NCBI GenBank assembly: GCA_038087875.1 | Contig: CM075987.1 | Span: 26,042,001-26,106,000 of the forward strand | Direction: 5' to 3' | Length of the DNA: 64,000 bases | From: Malacoraja senta | Lineage: Eukaryota | Part shown: piece by piece, positions 24,837 to 37,614 of the stretch | How the letters are laid out: every line of letters begins with the position of its first letter | How positions within the stretch are numbered: the stretch's first letter is position 1 | Notes under the pieces: model-generated | Database searches by the model: none | Told to the model about the DNA's origin: nothing | The model's input: the letters and a program-made list of their open reading frames with translations, nothing else | Made by a program: the position numbers and the translations under genes

Positions 24837-25152
24837 GTTTAAGAAGGAACTGCAGATGCTGGAAAATCGAAGGTACACAAAAATGCTGGAGAAACTCAGC
24901 GGGTGCAGCAGCATCTATGGAGCGAAGGAAAAAGGCAACGTTTCGGGTCCGAAACCCGGAAGGGTTTCGGCCCGAAACGTTGCCTATTTCCAGAAGGGTT
25001 TCGGGCCCGAAACGTTGCCTATTTCCAGAAGGGTTTCGGGCCCGAAACGTTGCCTATTTCCAGAAGGGTTTCGGGCCCGAAACGTTGCCTATTTCCTTCG
25101 TTCCATAGATGCTGCTGCACCCGCTGAGTTTCTCCAGCAGTTTTGTCTACCT
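24837..25152. mobile_element. Penelope-derived fold-back unit with an internal 35-bp tandem array
   Basis: Inverted arms; 14-bp TSD TCACC(T/A)ATTCAAGT at 24823-24836 and 25153-25166. Confidence 0.85.
24959..25097 (+). repeat. Four tandem copies of a 35-bp unit AGAAGGGTTTCGGGCCCGAAACGTTGCCTATTTCC
   Basis: GAAACGTT at 24974, 25009, 25044, 25079; first copy lacks one G. Confidence 0.95.
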
Positions 25153-25954
25153 TCACCAATTCAAGTATTTGACATTGTCAGATGTTCTTGATGCACAAGT
25201 GATCATCCAAGAAATGACTTACTACTGAAAACAAAGCAATACCTGAATAGATATTAGTTTCAGAAACTGATTTATTAGTAATGTTATCCCGGGAAATGGC
25301 TGTTGGCTTCTGTATTATCAGTAATTTTTTCATGTTATCAATCTTGCCGTTATCTCAACCATGCAGTTGTTATTGCCTGAGAAGAGCAAAAAGCAAGAGT
25401 TTAGTTTAATTTAGAGATGCAGTGCGGAAACAGGCCTATCGGCCTACCGAGTCCGCGCCGACCAGCGATCCCAGCTCATTAACTCTACCCTACACTCTCC
25501 AGGGACAATTTTTGTTTGTTTCCAATGTGAACCTGCTGCTATGGTGGACACAAAATGCCAGAGTAACTCCGCGGGACAGGCAGCATCTCTGGAGAGAAGG
25601 AATGGGTGACGTTTTGGGTCGAGACCCTTCTTCAGACTGACCCTCATTGTCTGCTCCAATGTCACCAAGTTGGATGCCTACACCCAATCCCTCACAGAGT
25701 TTCAAGGTTAGCTTGCTTCCACATCTCAGCCTCTATAGATTTCACCATTTACTCTTTTTGAGCTGTCTGCAAATCCAATGTGCTGGTTTTCTTACAATGC
25801 AAGGGTAGGAGAGGTTTAGAGGGACATGTGCCAAGTGCGGGCAGGCAGGCAGGTCCGATGTGGATGGGGCATGTTGGTCGGCGTACTCAAGTAGGGCCGA
25901 ACGGCCTGTTTCTATGACTCTCTATGACTCTTCTCCAGATAACAGTCTGGCTTA

Positions 25955-26506
25955 TATATGGAAGGTCCATCTGTCTCCTCAGATTCTGGTGAACTTCTAC
26001 CGCTGCACCATCGAGAGCATCCTTACCAACTGCATCACAGTATGGTATGGCAACTGCTCTGTCTCCGACCGGAAAGCACTGCAGAGGGTGGTGAAAATTG
26101 CCCAACGCATCACCGGTTCCTCACTCCCCACCATTGGGTCTGTCCAAAGCAAGCGTTGTCTGCGAAGGGTGCTCAGCATCGCCAAGGACTGCTCTCACCC
26201 CAACCACAGACTGTTTACCCTCCTACCATCCGGGAGGCGCTACAGGTCTCTCCGTTGTCGGACCAGCAGGTCCAGGGACATCTTCTTCCCTGTGGCTGTT
26301 ACACTACTCAACACTGTACCTCGGTGACTGCCAATCACCCCTCCCCCCCGGACACTCCTCCCACCAGGATTTATTAGATTTATTTATAGCTCATATTTAT
26401 GTCGCTCTTCTAGGGAGATGCTAACTGCATTTCGTTGTCTCTGTACTGTACACTGCACAATGACAATAAAGTTGAATCTGAATCTGAATCTGAATCTGAA
26501 TCTGAA
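25955..26506 (+). mobile_element. Rex1/Babar LINE 3' fragment, (TCTGAA)n-tail subfamily
   Basis: NFYRCTIESILTNCITVWYGNCS..LLPSGRRYRSL; GACAATAAA then (TCTGAA)n. Confidence 0.9.
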
Positions 26507-26973
26507 CACCCTGTTTGCATTAACACAATTATCAACATCAGAAACCAACCTGTGTTAAACTGTTAGATGTCTATGAGTTGTGTTCTTTCCACATCCGGTC
26601 GCTGCTGACTGGTTAGCACGCAACAAAAGCTCTTCACTGTACCTCGGTACACGTGACAATAAACTAAACTGAACTAAACTGAGATAGAGGGACAGTTTCT
26701 TCCCAGCTGTTGTCAGGTAACTGAACCATCCTACCGCAACCAGAGAGCAGTCCTGAACTACTATCTATCTCATCGGTGACCCTCGGACTATCTTTGATCA
26801 GACTTTACTGGCTTTATCTTGCACCAAATATTATTCCCTTATCATGTATCTATACACTGTGAATGGCTCGATTGTAATCATGTATTGTCTTTCCGCTGAC
26901 TGGTTAGCACGCAACAAAAAGCTTTTCACTTTACCTCGTTACATGTGACAATAAACTAAACTAAAGCACTTCC

Positions 26974-27184
26974 TGTAAAGACTTGTCAAACACGTGATGT
27001 CTTCACTACTGGTTTATTGCAGACATTATAATCATACACACACATAGTGCCCTAGCAGTTCGTGGTCCGTCACCGGAGCTAGAGAGGGAGCTGGAGGCGG
27101 GGAGGCTACAATTATACTGAAGATAATGGGGAGTGGTTAGTAGTGGTGAGGTCACTATGTTAAAGGAGCATGCACTGATCTACA
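26974..27184 (-). mobile_element. Gypsy-type 3' LTR (211 bp)
   Basis: TG...CA ends, AATAAA inside on minus strand, polypurine tract AAGGGAAGGA directly upstream (27185-27194). Confidence 0.75.
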
Positions 27185-27287
27185 TCCTTCCCCTTGGAAA
27201 ACAAAACATTACAATGATGACAGTGCGTCCACGACTCATACGCTAGAAACAAACCCGCGCGTACACCGGCAGGAAAATGTGAAACAT

Positions 27288-27481
27288 TCAAGCAATCTCC
27301 CCGTAACGCACAGGCGGCTTGACCAACCGCCCGGAGCGGGTACGCAGCCCGCCCTCCCCCCTCCCTCCGCAGGAAGAGCAGTGACAGGAGCAGGAGCGGT
27401 GATCTTGGCATCGAGGACAGAGAAGACAGTGGCTGGGCCAACCTGTGCAGCGACGTCCTCCACCGTTCGCATGGGGTAGTG
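27288..27481 (-). pseudogene. Gypsy pol relic: short RT segment joined to integrase C-terminal tail
   Basis: HYPMRTVEDVAAQVGPATVFSVLDAK then LRTRSGRLVKPPVRYGEIA*. Confidence 0.75.
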
Positions 27482-27930
27482 CCAGCCTGTCCCTGCTCCG
27501 AGAAGGAGTCTAAACAACCTTGCTGTGACTGATAGCGCTCATGGTTCCCAGTACCATTCAGACGAACTCCCTGATTCTGATACCAGTTCCTCCCATGATG
27601 AATCGCGTATTTTTTTCAGTTTTGGGTGCACCTGCTTTGATAGCTGATCCCTCAGTGCGAGTTACTGTGAATGGGATGACCTTTCCTGCAAAAGTCGACA
27701 CGGGGGCGTTTGCCAATGTTATGTCATTAAGCCTCTTTGAGCAGATAAGATCTGGTGAGAAGGTTACTGCCGACGACTCCCGTCTTCATGCCTATGGGGG
27801 GGAGTGCTCGTACCAGTCGGGAAGGCAACCCTTATCTGCACGGTCCTGAAGTCCTCTCGGCCCCTCTCTTTCCTCCTGCTGGAATCTGAGAATGTTACTC
27901 TGTTGGGCGCCAGTGCGTGCCAGGACCTCC
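27482..27930 (+). pseudogene. Gypsy gag-pro linker and aspartic protease fragment, inverted relative to the LTR
   Basis: VNGMTFPAKVDTGAFANVMS..LHAYGG, then after a frameshift TLLGASACQDL. Confidence 0.8.
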
Positions 27931-29016
27931 ATCAATCAGTGTGGAGCTTTTTAAACATATAATGGTTAAAGGCATGAAGCAACAATTGTGGGTGCAGTAG
28001 TTATATAAAAGGAGAATATATGGATAAGGAGCTAGAACATTTAATTTAATCGTTGGCTCTAGTTTAGTTTAGCGATACAGCGTGGAAACAGGCCCTTTGG
28101 CCCACCGAGTCCACACCGACCAGCAATCTCCACACACTAACACTATCCGACACACACTAGGGACAATTTACATTTATACCAAGCCAACTAACCTACAAAC
28201 CTGTACGTCTTTGGAGTGTGGGAGCAAACCGAAGATCTCAGAGAAAACCCACGCAGGTAACTGGAGAGAACGTACAAACTCCGTACAGACAGCACCCGTA
28301 GTTGTCCACAAACCCGGGTCTCCAGCGATGCAAGCGCTGCAAGGCAGCAACTCTAACACTGCTAAACTGTGTCGCCCTTTGCAAGATTCTTGTCCCCACG
28401 TGCGAATGTAGAGCTTGCAATGGTCTACTAACTGTCTATTCCCACTGGGCTAATAACACTGACACAACCAATGCACTTTATTCCACAGCTACTGTAATTA
28501 CACCCTAATTGCAGACCTTATATCATGGCCTGAGTAGGTTTTGCATGGCAGATTGTTAAATAACAATTTGGCTTGTTGAATTTTGCCTCAATTCTTTACT
28601 CAAAGGTAATGAACGATAATGGGTGTGTATCAGGTAAAAAAAGTACCCATTATTGTCAACATCTCACGGGGGGTTTTCCACCGAGTCTCTGTTAACAAGT
28701 TCCATGGGGAGAACTTGTTAACAATTTAGTTTAGAGATACGGTGTGGAAATGGGCCCTTCAGCCCACCGAGCCCACGCCAATCTTCAATCACTCGCGCAA
28801 TAGTTCAACCTTTCGCAAGGAACTGCAGATGCTGGTTTGTACTGCAGACAGACACAAAATGCTGGAGTAACTCAGCGGGTCGGAGAGCATCTCTGGATAA
28901 ACATAATAGATTACGTTTCAGGTCAGAACCCTTCTTCAGATTTAAAGTCGAGCTGTCGGGGTGGGGGGTGGAATTAAACTGGAGACGAGAAGGCAAGAAA
29001 AGGCCAGAATAGGACA

Positions 29017-29636
29017 TACAAGAGGATTTCAGTATAGGAGTAAAGAGGTTCTTCTGCAGCTGTATAGGGCTCTGGTAAGACCACATCTGGAGTATTGTGT
29101 ACAGTTTTGGTCTCCTAATTTGAGGAAGGACATCCTTGCGATTGAGGCAGTGCAGCGTAGGTTCACGAGATTGATCCCTGGGATGGCGGGACTGTCATAT
29201 GAGGAAAGATTGAAAAGACTGGAGTTTAGAAGGATGAGGGGGGATCTTATAGAAACATATAAAATTATAAAAGGACTGGACAAGCTAGATGCAGGAAAAA
29301 TGTTCCCAATGTTGGGCGAGTCCAGAACAAGGGGCCACAGTCTTAGAATAAAGGGGAGGCCATTTAAGACTGAGGTGAGAAAAAACTTTTTCACCCAGAG
29401 AGTTGTGAATTTGTGGAATTCCCTGCCACAGAGGGCAGTGGAGGCCAAATCACTGGATGGATTTAAGAGAGAGTTAGATAGAGCTCTAGGGGCTAGTGGA
29501 ATCAAGGGATATGGGGAGAAGGCAGGCACGGGTTATTGATTGGGGACGATCAGCCATGATCACAATGAATGGCGGTGCTGGCTCGAATGGCTGAATGGCC
29601 TCCTCCTGCACCTATTTTCTATGTTTCTATGTTTCT
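29017..29636 (+). mobile_element. CR1 LINE 3' fragment
   Basis: LYRALVRPHLEYCVQFWSP...RVVNLWNSLP; (TTTCTATG)n tail. Confidence 0.92.
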
Positions 29637-30730
29637 AAGAGTCAGTGCCAGTTACAGATGACCTCAGGCCTTAAAGATATCCATTGGCTTGGCCTCCACA
29701 GCCTTCTGCGGCAATTTATTCCACAGGTTTATTATCCTCCAACTAAAGAAATTCCTCCTCATCTCCTTTCTAAAGGGATGTCCGTAACGGCAATTTCAAG
29801 GTCACATGCTCAGTGCCAGTGGCTTATCTTTACGTTACCATAAGCAATCTTCTCCTGGCTGCTTTTGATAATTTTGAATGCTATTACTGCAGACTTCAGC
29901 TTTAAAAATTCTCAGTCTTTAAAGAAAGTTGACTTTCAAAGACGAAATGAAGAAATACGTCTGAAGGGTGGGGTCTCGACCCGAAAGGTCACCTATTCCT
30001 TTGCTCCATAGATGCTGCCTCACCCGCTGAGTTTCTCCAGCATTTTTGTCTACCTTCAAATAAGACAAGGCCGTTTTACTCACGGTACCAGGTGTGAAGT
30101 CTTCAGTCTTCGTTCTTCAGGTGACCCAGGTCCTGACCGTGTCAGTCTGCCTGCGACCGGCAGCTTCTTATTCCACCCTAGCTCTAATCTCACTAATTTC
30201 TTCTTTCGTTGACTCCACTCGTACAGCATCCGTTTTTACTCTAATATAATGGCAATTTCTAAACTTTTCAATGTCCAACTTTTAATGACCGCTACTACTC
30301 GGGGATGTGGTGGACATATAGTTTACAATCTTCAAGTTGTTGTTTCTTGATAAATTGGTCTTTTGTTGAAGTAATACAAAACAAAGTAATAATTCTTAAC
30401 TTTTCGTTCACTTTTTAAATTTTTAAAATTTTTATTGGAGGAAAAATAATACAGTACATCTGACGTACTGCATTACATTCCCCTCCATTTTGTTTTTTAT
30501 ATATAATAACAAAATAACCCTTACCCACCCTCCCTAAACACCCCTTGGCAGCTAATGTGTTCACAATACAAACATATCACAACTACAAATGCACATTTTA
30601 ACAATAATAACGTAACAGAACAGAATAAAGGCGGCTCCCCACTTACTGTCAAGTGCCCTCAGTTTATAGGTAGTTCCTTTAGACCCTCAAAGTTAGACCC
30701 TCAAAGTACAATAAAAAAGGTTCCCATTTC

Positions 30731-30936
30731 AGGCTATTAAACCTGGCTCGGACATAACACTGAACTTTACTAGCCAATACTGTTATTTGCACTTTATCAG
30801 TATATTGACCATTGTGTATATATTTATAGAATGCCTTGTAGTAAATGCCTACTATGTTCTGTTGTGCTGAAGCAAAGCAAGAATTTCATTGTCGTACCAG
30901 GGACACATGACAATAAACTCACTTGACTTGACTTGA
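30731..30936 (+). mobile_element. Rex1 3' UTR copy
   Basis: Near-identical to the reverse complement of 39131-39337; (CTTGA)n tail. Confidence 0.85.
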
Positions 30937-31603
30937 AATAAAACGTTTTCACAGACCCCCCTCAATGTGAATTTAATCTTTTCTAGCCTTAAAAAAATCC
31001 ATCACGTCCTCCAGCCAGATGGAGGAGTGGTAGATTTCCAGACCAGCAAGATTCTCCCACGGGCCACAAAAGTAATGTTTTTTTTAAACTGTTTCTTCCG
31101 TGTGGGGTCTCGTGTACGTGAACGTGTACGTGATCGTGGTAAAAACTGTTGTCCTCACCATCCCTCGAGGCAAATTAAAAACCTAAATCTCTGAGGCGTC
31201 GCCAGATGTAGACACACCCCTCTCCATATCAAATCCCACCTACCAGCGTACATACAGATAAGAACTAGAAATATCTAGACATGACTATAATATATTGACT
31301 TAAGCATAAATGGGTCCGACAACGTCCTTTCTGGTTCTAGACTCTGCCACTAGTAGAAACATCCTCTCCACAGTTTAGAGGTACAACGTGGATACAGGCC
31401 CTTCGGCCCAACAAGTCCACGCTGACCATCGATCATCCGTTCACACGAGTTCTCGGTCCTAGACATTACACACGGTCACGCTGGAAAGGGTTCAGAGAAA
31501 AGTTACGAGGATGTTGCCAGGAGAAGAGGGTGTGAGCTGTAGGGAGAGGTTGAGTAGGCTGGGACTCTATTCCTTGAAGCGCATGAGGATGAGGGGTGAC
31601 AAT

Positions 31604-34600
31604 AGTCAAGTCAAGTCAAGTCACATTTATTTATATAGCACATTTAAAAAACAACTCTCGTTGGCCAAAGTGCTTTACATTTGTTATAAGAATAGTATAA
31701 ACAAAACAAACTACATACATATATACATGTAGCCCTCACTCAGAGGACGTCAGGAAAGGCTTGGGAGTATAGATAAGTCTTTAGTCTTGACTTAAAGGAG
31801 TCGATGGAGGGGGCAGTTCTGATGGGAAGGGGGATGCTGTTCCACAGTCTAGGGGCTGCAACCGCAAAGGCCCGGTCGCCCCTGAGCTTATGCCTAGACC
31901 GCGGGATATTCAGCAACCCCAAGTCGGCCGATCTGAGGGACCTGGAGGTGGAGTGGTGGGTGAGAAGACTGTTTATGTAGGTGGGGGGCAAGCCCATTGA
32001 GGGTTTTGTAGACATAGAGGAGGATCTTGAAATTTATACGGAACCGCACAGGGAGCCAGTGGAGAGAGGCCAGGATCGGGGTGATGTGGTCCCTTTTTCG
32101 GGTGCCCGTCAGGAGTCTCGCTGCGGCGTTTTGGACCAGTTGCAGGCGGGACAGGGAAGATTGGCTGATGCCAGTGTAAAGGGAGTTGCAGTAATCTAGG
32201 CGGGAGGAGATGAATGTGTGGATGATCTTTTCCAGGTCATCAAACTGGAGGAATTGTTTTATTTTAGCTATCGTCCGAAGCTGAAAGAAGCTAGCTTTCA
32301 CCACGGCATTGACTTGTTTGTCAAATTTCAGTGCTGAGTCAAATATCATGCCAAGGTTTTTGATGTGAGGTTTGAGTAGTGGGGTAAGGCTTCCAAGGCT
32401 GCCTGCTGTCATTTTGATTGAGTCCGAGGGGCCGAGAAGGATGACCTCAGACTTACTCTCGTTTAGTTGGAGGAAGTTCTGGGCCATCCAACACTTTATA
32501 TTCTCGAGGCAGTGGGTAAGGTTAAACAGATTTGATTGTTTTTTGGGCTTCAGGGGGAGATAGAGTTGTGTATCGTCTGCGTAGCGATGGAAGGAAATGC
32601 CGTGCCTTTCAATGACTTGGCCTAAGGGGAGCATATACAGGGAGAAGAGAATGGGGCCAAGGATGGAACCTTGTGGAACCCCACAGCAGAGATTAGCTGG
32701 GGAGGAGAATGAGTTGCCTATGTTAGTCGAGAAACTCCTACCTTTGAGGTAGGAGATGAACCAGCTCAGGGCAGTGCCATCAATACCAACCCCGTACCGG
32801 AGACGGTCAATTAGGATGGTGTGGTCGACAGTATCAAATGCTGCGCTGAGGTCAAGAAGGAGCAGAATTGCACAGTCGCCGGAGTCAACGGTGAGCAGTA
32901 GGTCATTGTGTACCTTCAACAAGGCAGACTCTGTGCTGTGGTGAGCCCTGAAACCTGATTGGAAAGTTTCCAATATAGTGTTTTGGTGAAGTTAAGATAT
33001 AAGTTGACTTATAATTACCTTTTCGAATGATATTTTCGAAATAATTTCTGAAGTTGTTAATACTAAATTGGATCCAGACTCAAAATTAATAATACTTGGG
33101 ATATCAGAACAAAGTTTAACACTCACAGCAAGCCAAAGAAACTTCCTCGACTACAGTATAATAACTGGGAAAAAATTAATATTAAAATTTTGGAAAGGCC
33201 CTATAACCCCCACAATTAAAATGTGGATTGTGGAAATGTCGGAGACCCTACATCTAGAAAGAATTAGACTTGTCTTAATGGACAAGCAAGAAATATGGGC
33301 TCCATTCATTACCTATTTGAAGGGATAGATTGGCCCAGCACGAAAACCCAACTGAAGCTTGAACTCAGGATTAGATGTAATTATATTTCATAACCTACGA
33401 ACTTATCTCCAATGACGTATTATAAGTAATTGATTCCACCTCTTTTTCTTTTTTGATATTTGTAATTCTTCTTTCTCTCTATTTCTCTTTTTCTATCTAT
33501 ATAATAAAAAAAACACTAGAAGCAGATTTAATTGACAATTGACAAATTTAATAATGTATGAGTGATTGATGTATATGAAAAGTTTTTTTTTTCTATTATA
33601 ATATATTACTCTACCTTATAATATGTTTGCTTCTAATAAAAAATGTATTATATTAAAAAAAAATAAAAAAAAATTACCTTTTCAAGGGCTTTTGAGAGGA
33701 AAGGCAGTTTAGAAATGGGTCTGTAGTTGCTTGGCAAGGTGGGGTCGAAGTTAGGTTTTTTCTGGAGTGGTTGGACCACCACATGCTTGAAGCAGGTAGG
33801 TACAGTGCCAGTGGCCAGAGAGCTTTTGAAGATGGCGAGGATGCTGGGACCGGCTGTTGTAATGACGTCCTTTAGGAGGGCAGAGGGGACAGTGTCGAGG
33901 GGGCAGGTAGGAGGTTTCATGGTGGTGATCAGTTTTACAAGGGAGAGTAGAGTAACGGGTTGGAAACAATCTAATTTTGAAGAGCAGACCAATGAGACAG
34001 CCAGGTCACGGGTGGGAGGGGAAATATTAATTCTTATATTCTTTACCTTGCTGGTGAAAAATGTGGTAAATTCCTCGCACTTAGCAGGGGACCCAGTTAG
34101 GCTGGTGCTGGTGGCAGGACAGATGATGGAGGTGATGGTGCTAAAGAGGACCTTGGGATTTTGCGTGTTTTTGGAGATAAGGGTGGAAAACTATTTAGTT
34201 CTTGCAGATTTTACTGCTTCCTGGTATTTGACAAGATTATTTTTCAGGAGTTCAAAGGAAATTTGAAGCTTATCAGATTTGTACTTCCGTTCTGATTTTC
34301 TGCATTCTCTTCTTAGGGCTCTGGTGGTATCATTGAGCCACGGCTCGCCTTTAGGCTTAGGCTTTTTCATTTTAAGAGGAGCAACAGAATCCAGGACGGA
34401 AGAGCAGGTAGTATTGAATAAAGAAATTAGGTCGTCGGTACTGAGATGAGGGGTGGACGCCTCAATAGTGCAGATGTTGGGGGCGGCTATGAGAGCCTCA
34501 GAGAACTTACTGGCCATCGTGGAGTTAACGTAGCGGGAATACCGAGCAGGGAGATGGGATTTTGAGGGAGAGAAAGGCAGAGATATATCAAATATAATAG

Positions 34601-34700
34601 CACTATGATCAGACAGGCAGGCATCAATAATATCTGTGTTACGAGTTTGGAGCAGACGAAAGCACTAGGTCTAGTGTATGGCCAAGCTTGTGCGTGGCCA
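31604..34700 (-). mobile_element. L2-clade LINE, 5'-truncated in the endonuclease, RT largely readable
   Basis: THKLGHTLDLVLS (APE end), NYRPISKLPFLSK, FQSGFRAHHSTESAL, LLDLSAAFDTVDH, GVPQGSILGP, YADDTQLY; AATAAATGT(GACTT)n tail. Confidence 0.95.
33025..33671 (+). mobile_element. L1-clade 3' fragment inserted into the L2 ORF
   Basis: GKKLILKFWK..PTIKMWI...LERIR..WAPFITYLKG*; AATAAA and poly(A); 12-bp TSD AATTACCTTTTC (33013-33024, 33672-33683). Confidence 0.85.
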
Positions 34701-34785
34701 ATAGACAGTAGACAATAGACAATAGGTGCAGGAGTAGGCCATTCGGCCTTTCGAGCCAGCACCGCCATTCAATGTGATCATGGCT

Positions 34786-35168
34786 GATCTTATAGAGGTG
34801 TATAAAATCATGAGAGGAATAGAACATGTAGATGCACAGAGTCTCTTGCCCAGAGTAGGTGAATCGAGGACCAGAGGACATAGTTTCAAGGTGAAGGGGA
34901 AAAGATCTAATAGGAATCTGAGGGGTGACTTTTTCACACAATGGGTGGTGGGTGTATGGAACAAGCTGCCAGAGGAGGTAATTGAGGCTGGGACTATCCC
35001 AACGTTTATGAAACAGTTAGGCAGGTACATGGATAGGACAGGTTTGGAGGGACGTGGCCCAAACGCGGGCAGGTGGGACTAGTGTAGCTGGGACATGTTG
35101 GCCGGTGTGGGCAAGTTGGGCCGAAAAGGGAATGTTTCCACACTGTATTACCCTATTGCTCCATGACT
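34786..35168 (+). mobile_element. CR1 (HER1-type) 3' end, joined to an inverted tail of another CR1 family (34700-34790)
   Basis: DLIEVYKIMRGI...VVGVWNKLPEEV. Confidence 0.85.
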
Positions 35169-35339
35169 AGGGACAATCTACATAAACCTGCATGTCATTA
35201 GAATGTGGACAGCTGCCGTAGTCTGGATCGAACCTGGGTCTCTGCCGCTGCGAGGCAGCAACTCTACCGCTGCACCACCGTGCCGCCCGACTGTGTCTGT
35301 AACCTCAGCACCGCAATTCATTCCTACAGTCTCAATACA

Positions 35340-35665
35340 ATGGCATGGTGGCGCAGCGGTAGAGTTGCTTGCAGCGCCAGGGACGCTGGTTCGATCCCGA
35401 CTACGGGTGCTGTCTGTACGGAGTTTGTACCTTCTCCCCGTGACCTGCGTGGGTTTTCTCCGAGAACTTAGGTTTCCTCCCGCACACAAAAGACGTACAG
35501 GTTTGGAGGTCAGTTGGCTTGGGTTTGTACTCGGGTTAAGTGTAAATTGTCCCTAGTGTGTGTGGGGTAGCGTTAGTGTGCGGGGATCGCTGGTCGGCGC
35601 GGACTCGGTGGGCCGAAGGGCCTGTTTCCGTGCCGTATCTCTAAACTAAACTAATCTAACCTAAA
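35340..35665 (+). mobile_element. HE1-type SINE, full length
   Basis: A box TGGCGCAGCGG, B box GGTTCGATCC, CTAAA tail. Confidence 0.9.
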
Positions 35666-36194
35666 AAGCTGTATCTCCCATTGCCTTCCCGAATGACTCT
35701 GGCCTGGAGCTAAAGCTTGCTTCTGTATAGACAGTAGATGATGCTGCTGTATCGAGTTTCCTGAACACAAATTGGATGCAATGCTGCTGATGGATGAGGG
35801 AGCACTATTTACATTATGTGGGCTGAATATTATATCATCATTTCAGCCGGGAACGAGAGGGCCACTTAAAAGTTATTTTGGAAAGTGACATGCAGAAAAT
35901 ACGCCGTCTTAGATTTAAACAATTTAGGGGGAAACAAAATCCTGTTTCCATATTTCTATTCCCCACAGAAATCACACACCACTGTCTCATAAGGACTCAT
36001 CTGCTACTTTAACTGGCTGTCATTAAAAGTGACAATAACTCTATTCCGTTGCCTCTTGTACAACGACACCCTACTGAACAATGTAGAGGCAAGAGCAGGC
36101 ACAAAAATGCTGGTGTAACTCAGCGGGACAGGCAGCATCTCTGGAGAGAAGGAATGAGTGATTCTCTGAGACGAGACGCTACTTCAGGCCGGAC

Positions 36195-36552
36195 CTTCTT
36201 GGTTCTTGGTTTCTTGGTCCTCCAAAATATTCCAAATGGAATTTAAACTGGAGATGGTGGAGGGAGGACTTAAGCCAGAAAGGGTTTTTGGGAAGAAAGA
36301 GCTACCTTAAATTTAGTTGCATCTGGTTGGGTAACTATAGTAGGGTGGAGATTATTCCATGCTTTAATTGTGCGGGGGAAGAATTAATTGTTGTACACAT
36401 CTGTCTTGGTAGCTGGAATCACAAATTGGATCGAATGCCCTCGTCTGCTCCTAATTGGTTTGGGTTTGGTGTAGGTCTTGTAATCTATGTCGAGCTGACC
36501 ATTTAACATTTTGTAAAAACAGGCCAAACGGTGAGCTTCACGTCTGTCTTGG
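36195..36552 (-). mobile_element. Divergent CR1/L2-group LINE 3' end
   Basis: LQDRREAHRLACFYKMLN...TDVYNN*FFPRTIKAWNNL; (CCAAGAA)n tail. Confidence 0.7.
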
Positions 36553-36774
36553 AGAGGGCCCTTCTTCTCAGTCTGAAGAAGGGCCTCGAGCTGAAATGTC
36601 ACCCATTCCTTCTCTCCAGAGATGCTGCTTGTCCCGCTGAGTTACTCCAGCATTTTGTGTCTATCTTCGGGGTAAACCAGCATCTACAGTTCCTTCCTAC
36701 ACATTGGGTCAAGAGTGTTTGATTGTGATATATACCAACCATGGAATAATGATATTCTTAAAGGTTTAGACACC

Positions 36775-37305
36775 TGAGGTTTTGAGTTCATTTTTAAATT
36801 TCGATTTTGGACATAAAGGGGCGTGGATTTAACATCGGAGCGGATCCCTTGCCTGGGATCGCTCCCACCGCGGGGCGCGGACTTACCATCAAGGGCTCGC
36901 CGTCTCGGGAGAGGCCGAGTCGGGAACTCCAACGCTGCAGAAGGTTCGTCCAGCCCCGACGCGAGGTTCGATCGTCCAGCGCGGGGGAGCTGACAACCCT
37001 CCGATGCGGGAGCTGAACGCCTCGACGCGGAGGGCCCGAACGCCACCGGCTACAGGAGTCAAGATCGTCCCGTCAACGGGGGGCTCGAGGCCCCCAACCG
37101 AGGAAGAACAAAGGAAGAGACTTGAACTTTATTTCACCTTCCATCACAGTGAGGAATGTGTAGGAGTCACTGTGGTGGATGTTGATGTTAAAATGTGTTT
37201 TTGAGTCTGTTGCTTTTAATTGTATGACTGACCTGGCCAATTAAATTCCTCGTATGTTGCAAAACATACTTGGCGAATAAAATCTGATTCTGATTCTGAT
37301 TCTGA
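36775..37305 (+). mobile_element. GC-rich non-coding retroposon with Rex1-like tail
   Basis: Stem GTATGTT/AACATAC, AATAAA, (TCTGAT)n; interrupts a SINE tail; 3' part resembles 12800-13040. Confidence 0.55.
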
Positions 37306-37614
37306 AAGTGTGGAAACAGGCCCTTTGGCGCACTGAGTCCCGGCCAACCAGCGATCACCAAAGATAGGCATCAAATGCTGGAGTAACAGGTAAGGACCTC
37401 CGGCAAGGAGATTCATATCTTCAGTTTGTAACACCACATTTAAACTCTTCAGGTTGGGATTGAGATTAGTTTATCTTCATATACACCAACATATAATGAA
37501 ATTCCTTGTTCACAAGAACCTGACAAAGTGCCTGGCATCAGCATGTTTCAGGGATAATCTCTTCCCAGCAGTTATCAGGCAACTGATTGGTCCTCTCATC
37601 AGCTAGACCTCCCA

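Noticed and set aside
24959..25097. CRISPR-like 35-bp palindromic repeats
   Set aside because: No spacers, no cas genes, eukaryotic context; the unit derives from the Penelope repeat
24469..25191. 240-aa ORF
   Set aside because: Read-through of Penelope arms and the tandem array; no recognisable domain
7608..29636. CR1 pieces at 7608-9277 and 29017-29636 as two halves of one element
   Set aside because: They overlap by about 70 bp with mismatches and the family is abundant; independent copies are simpler
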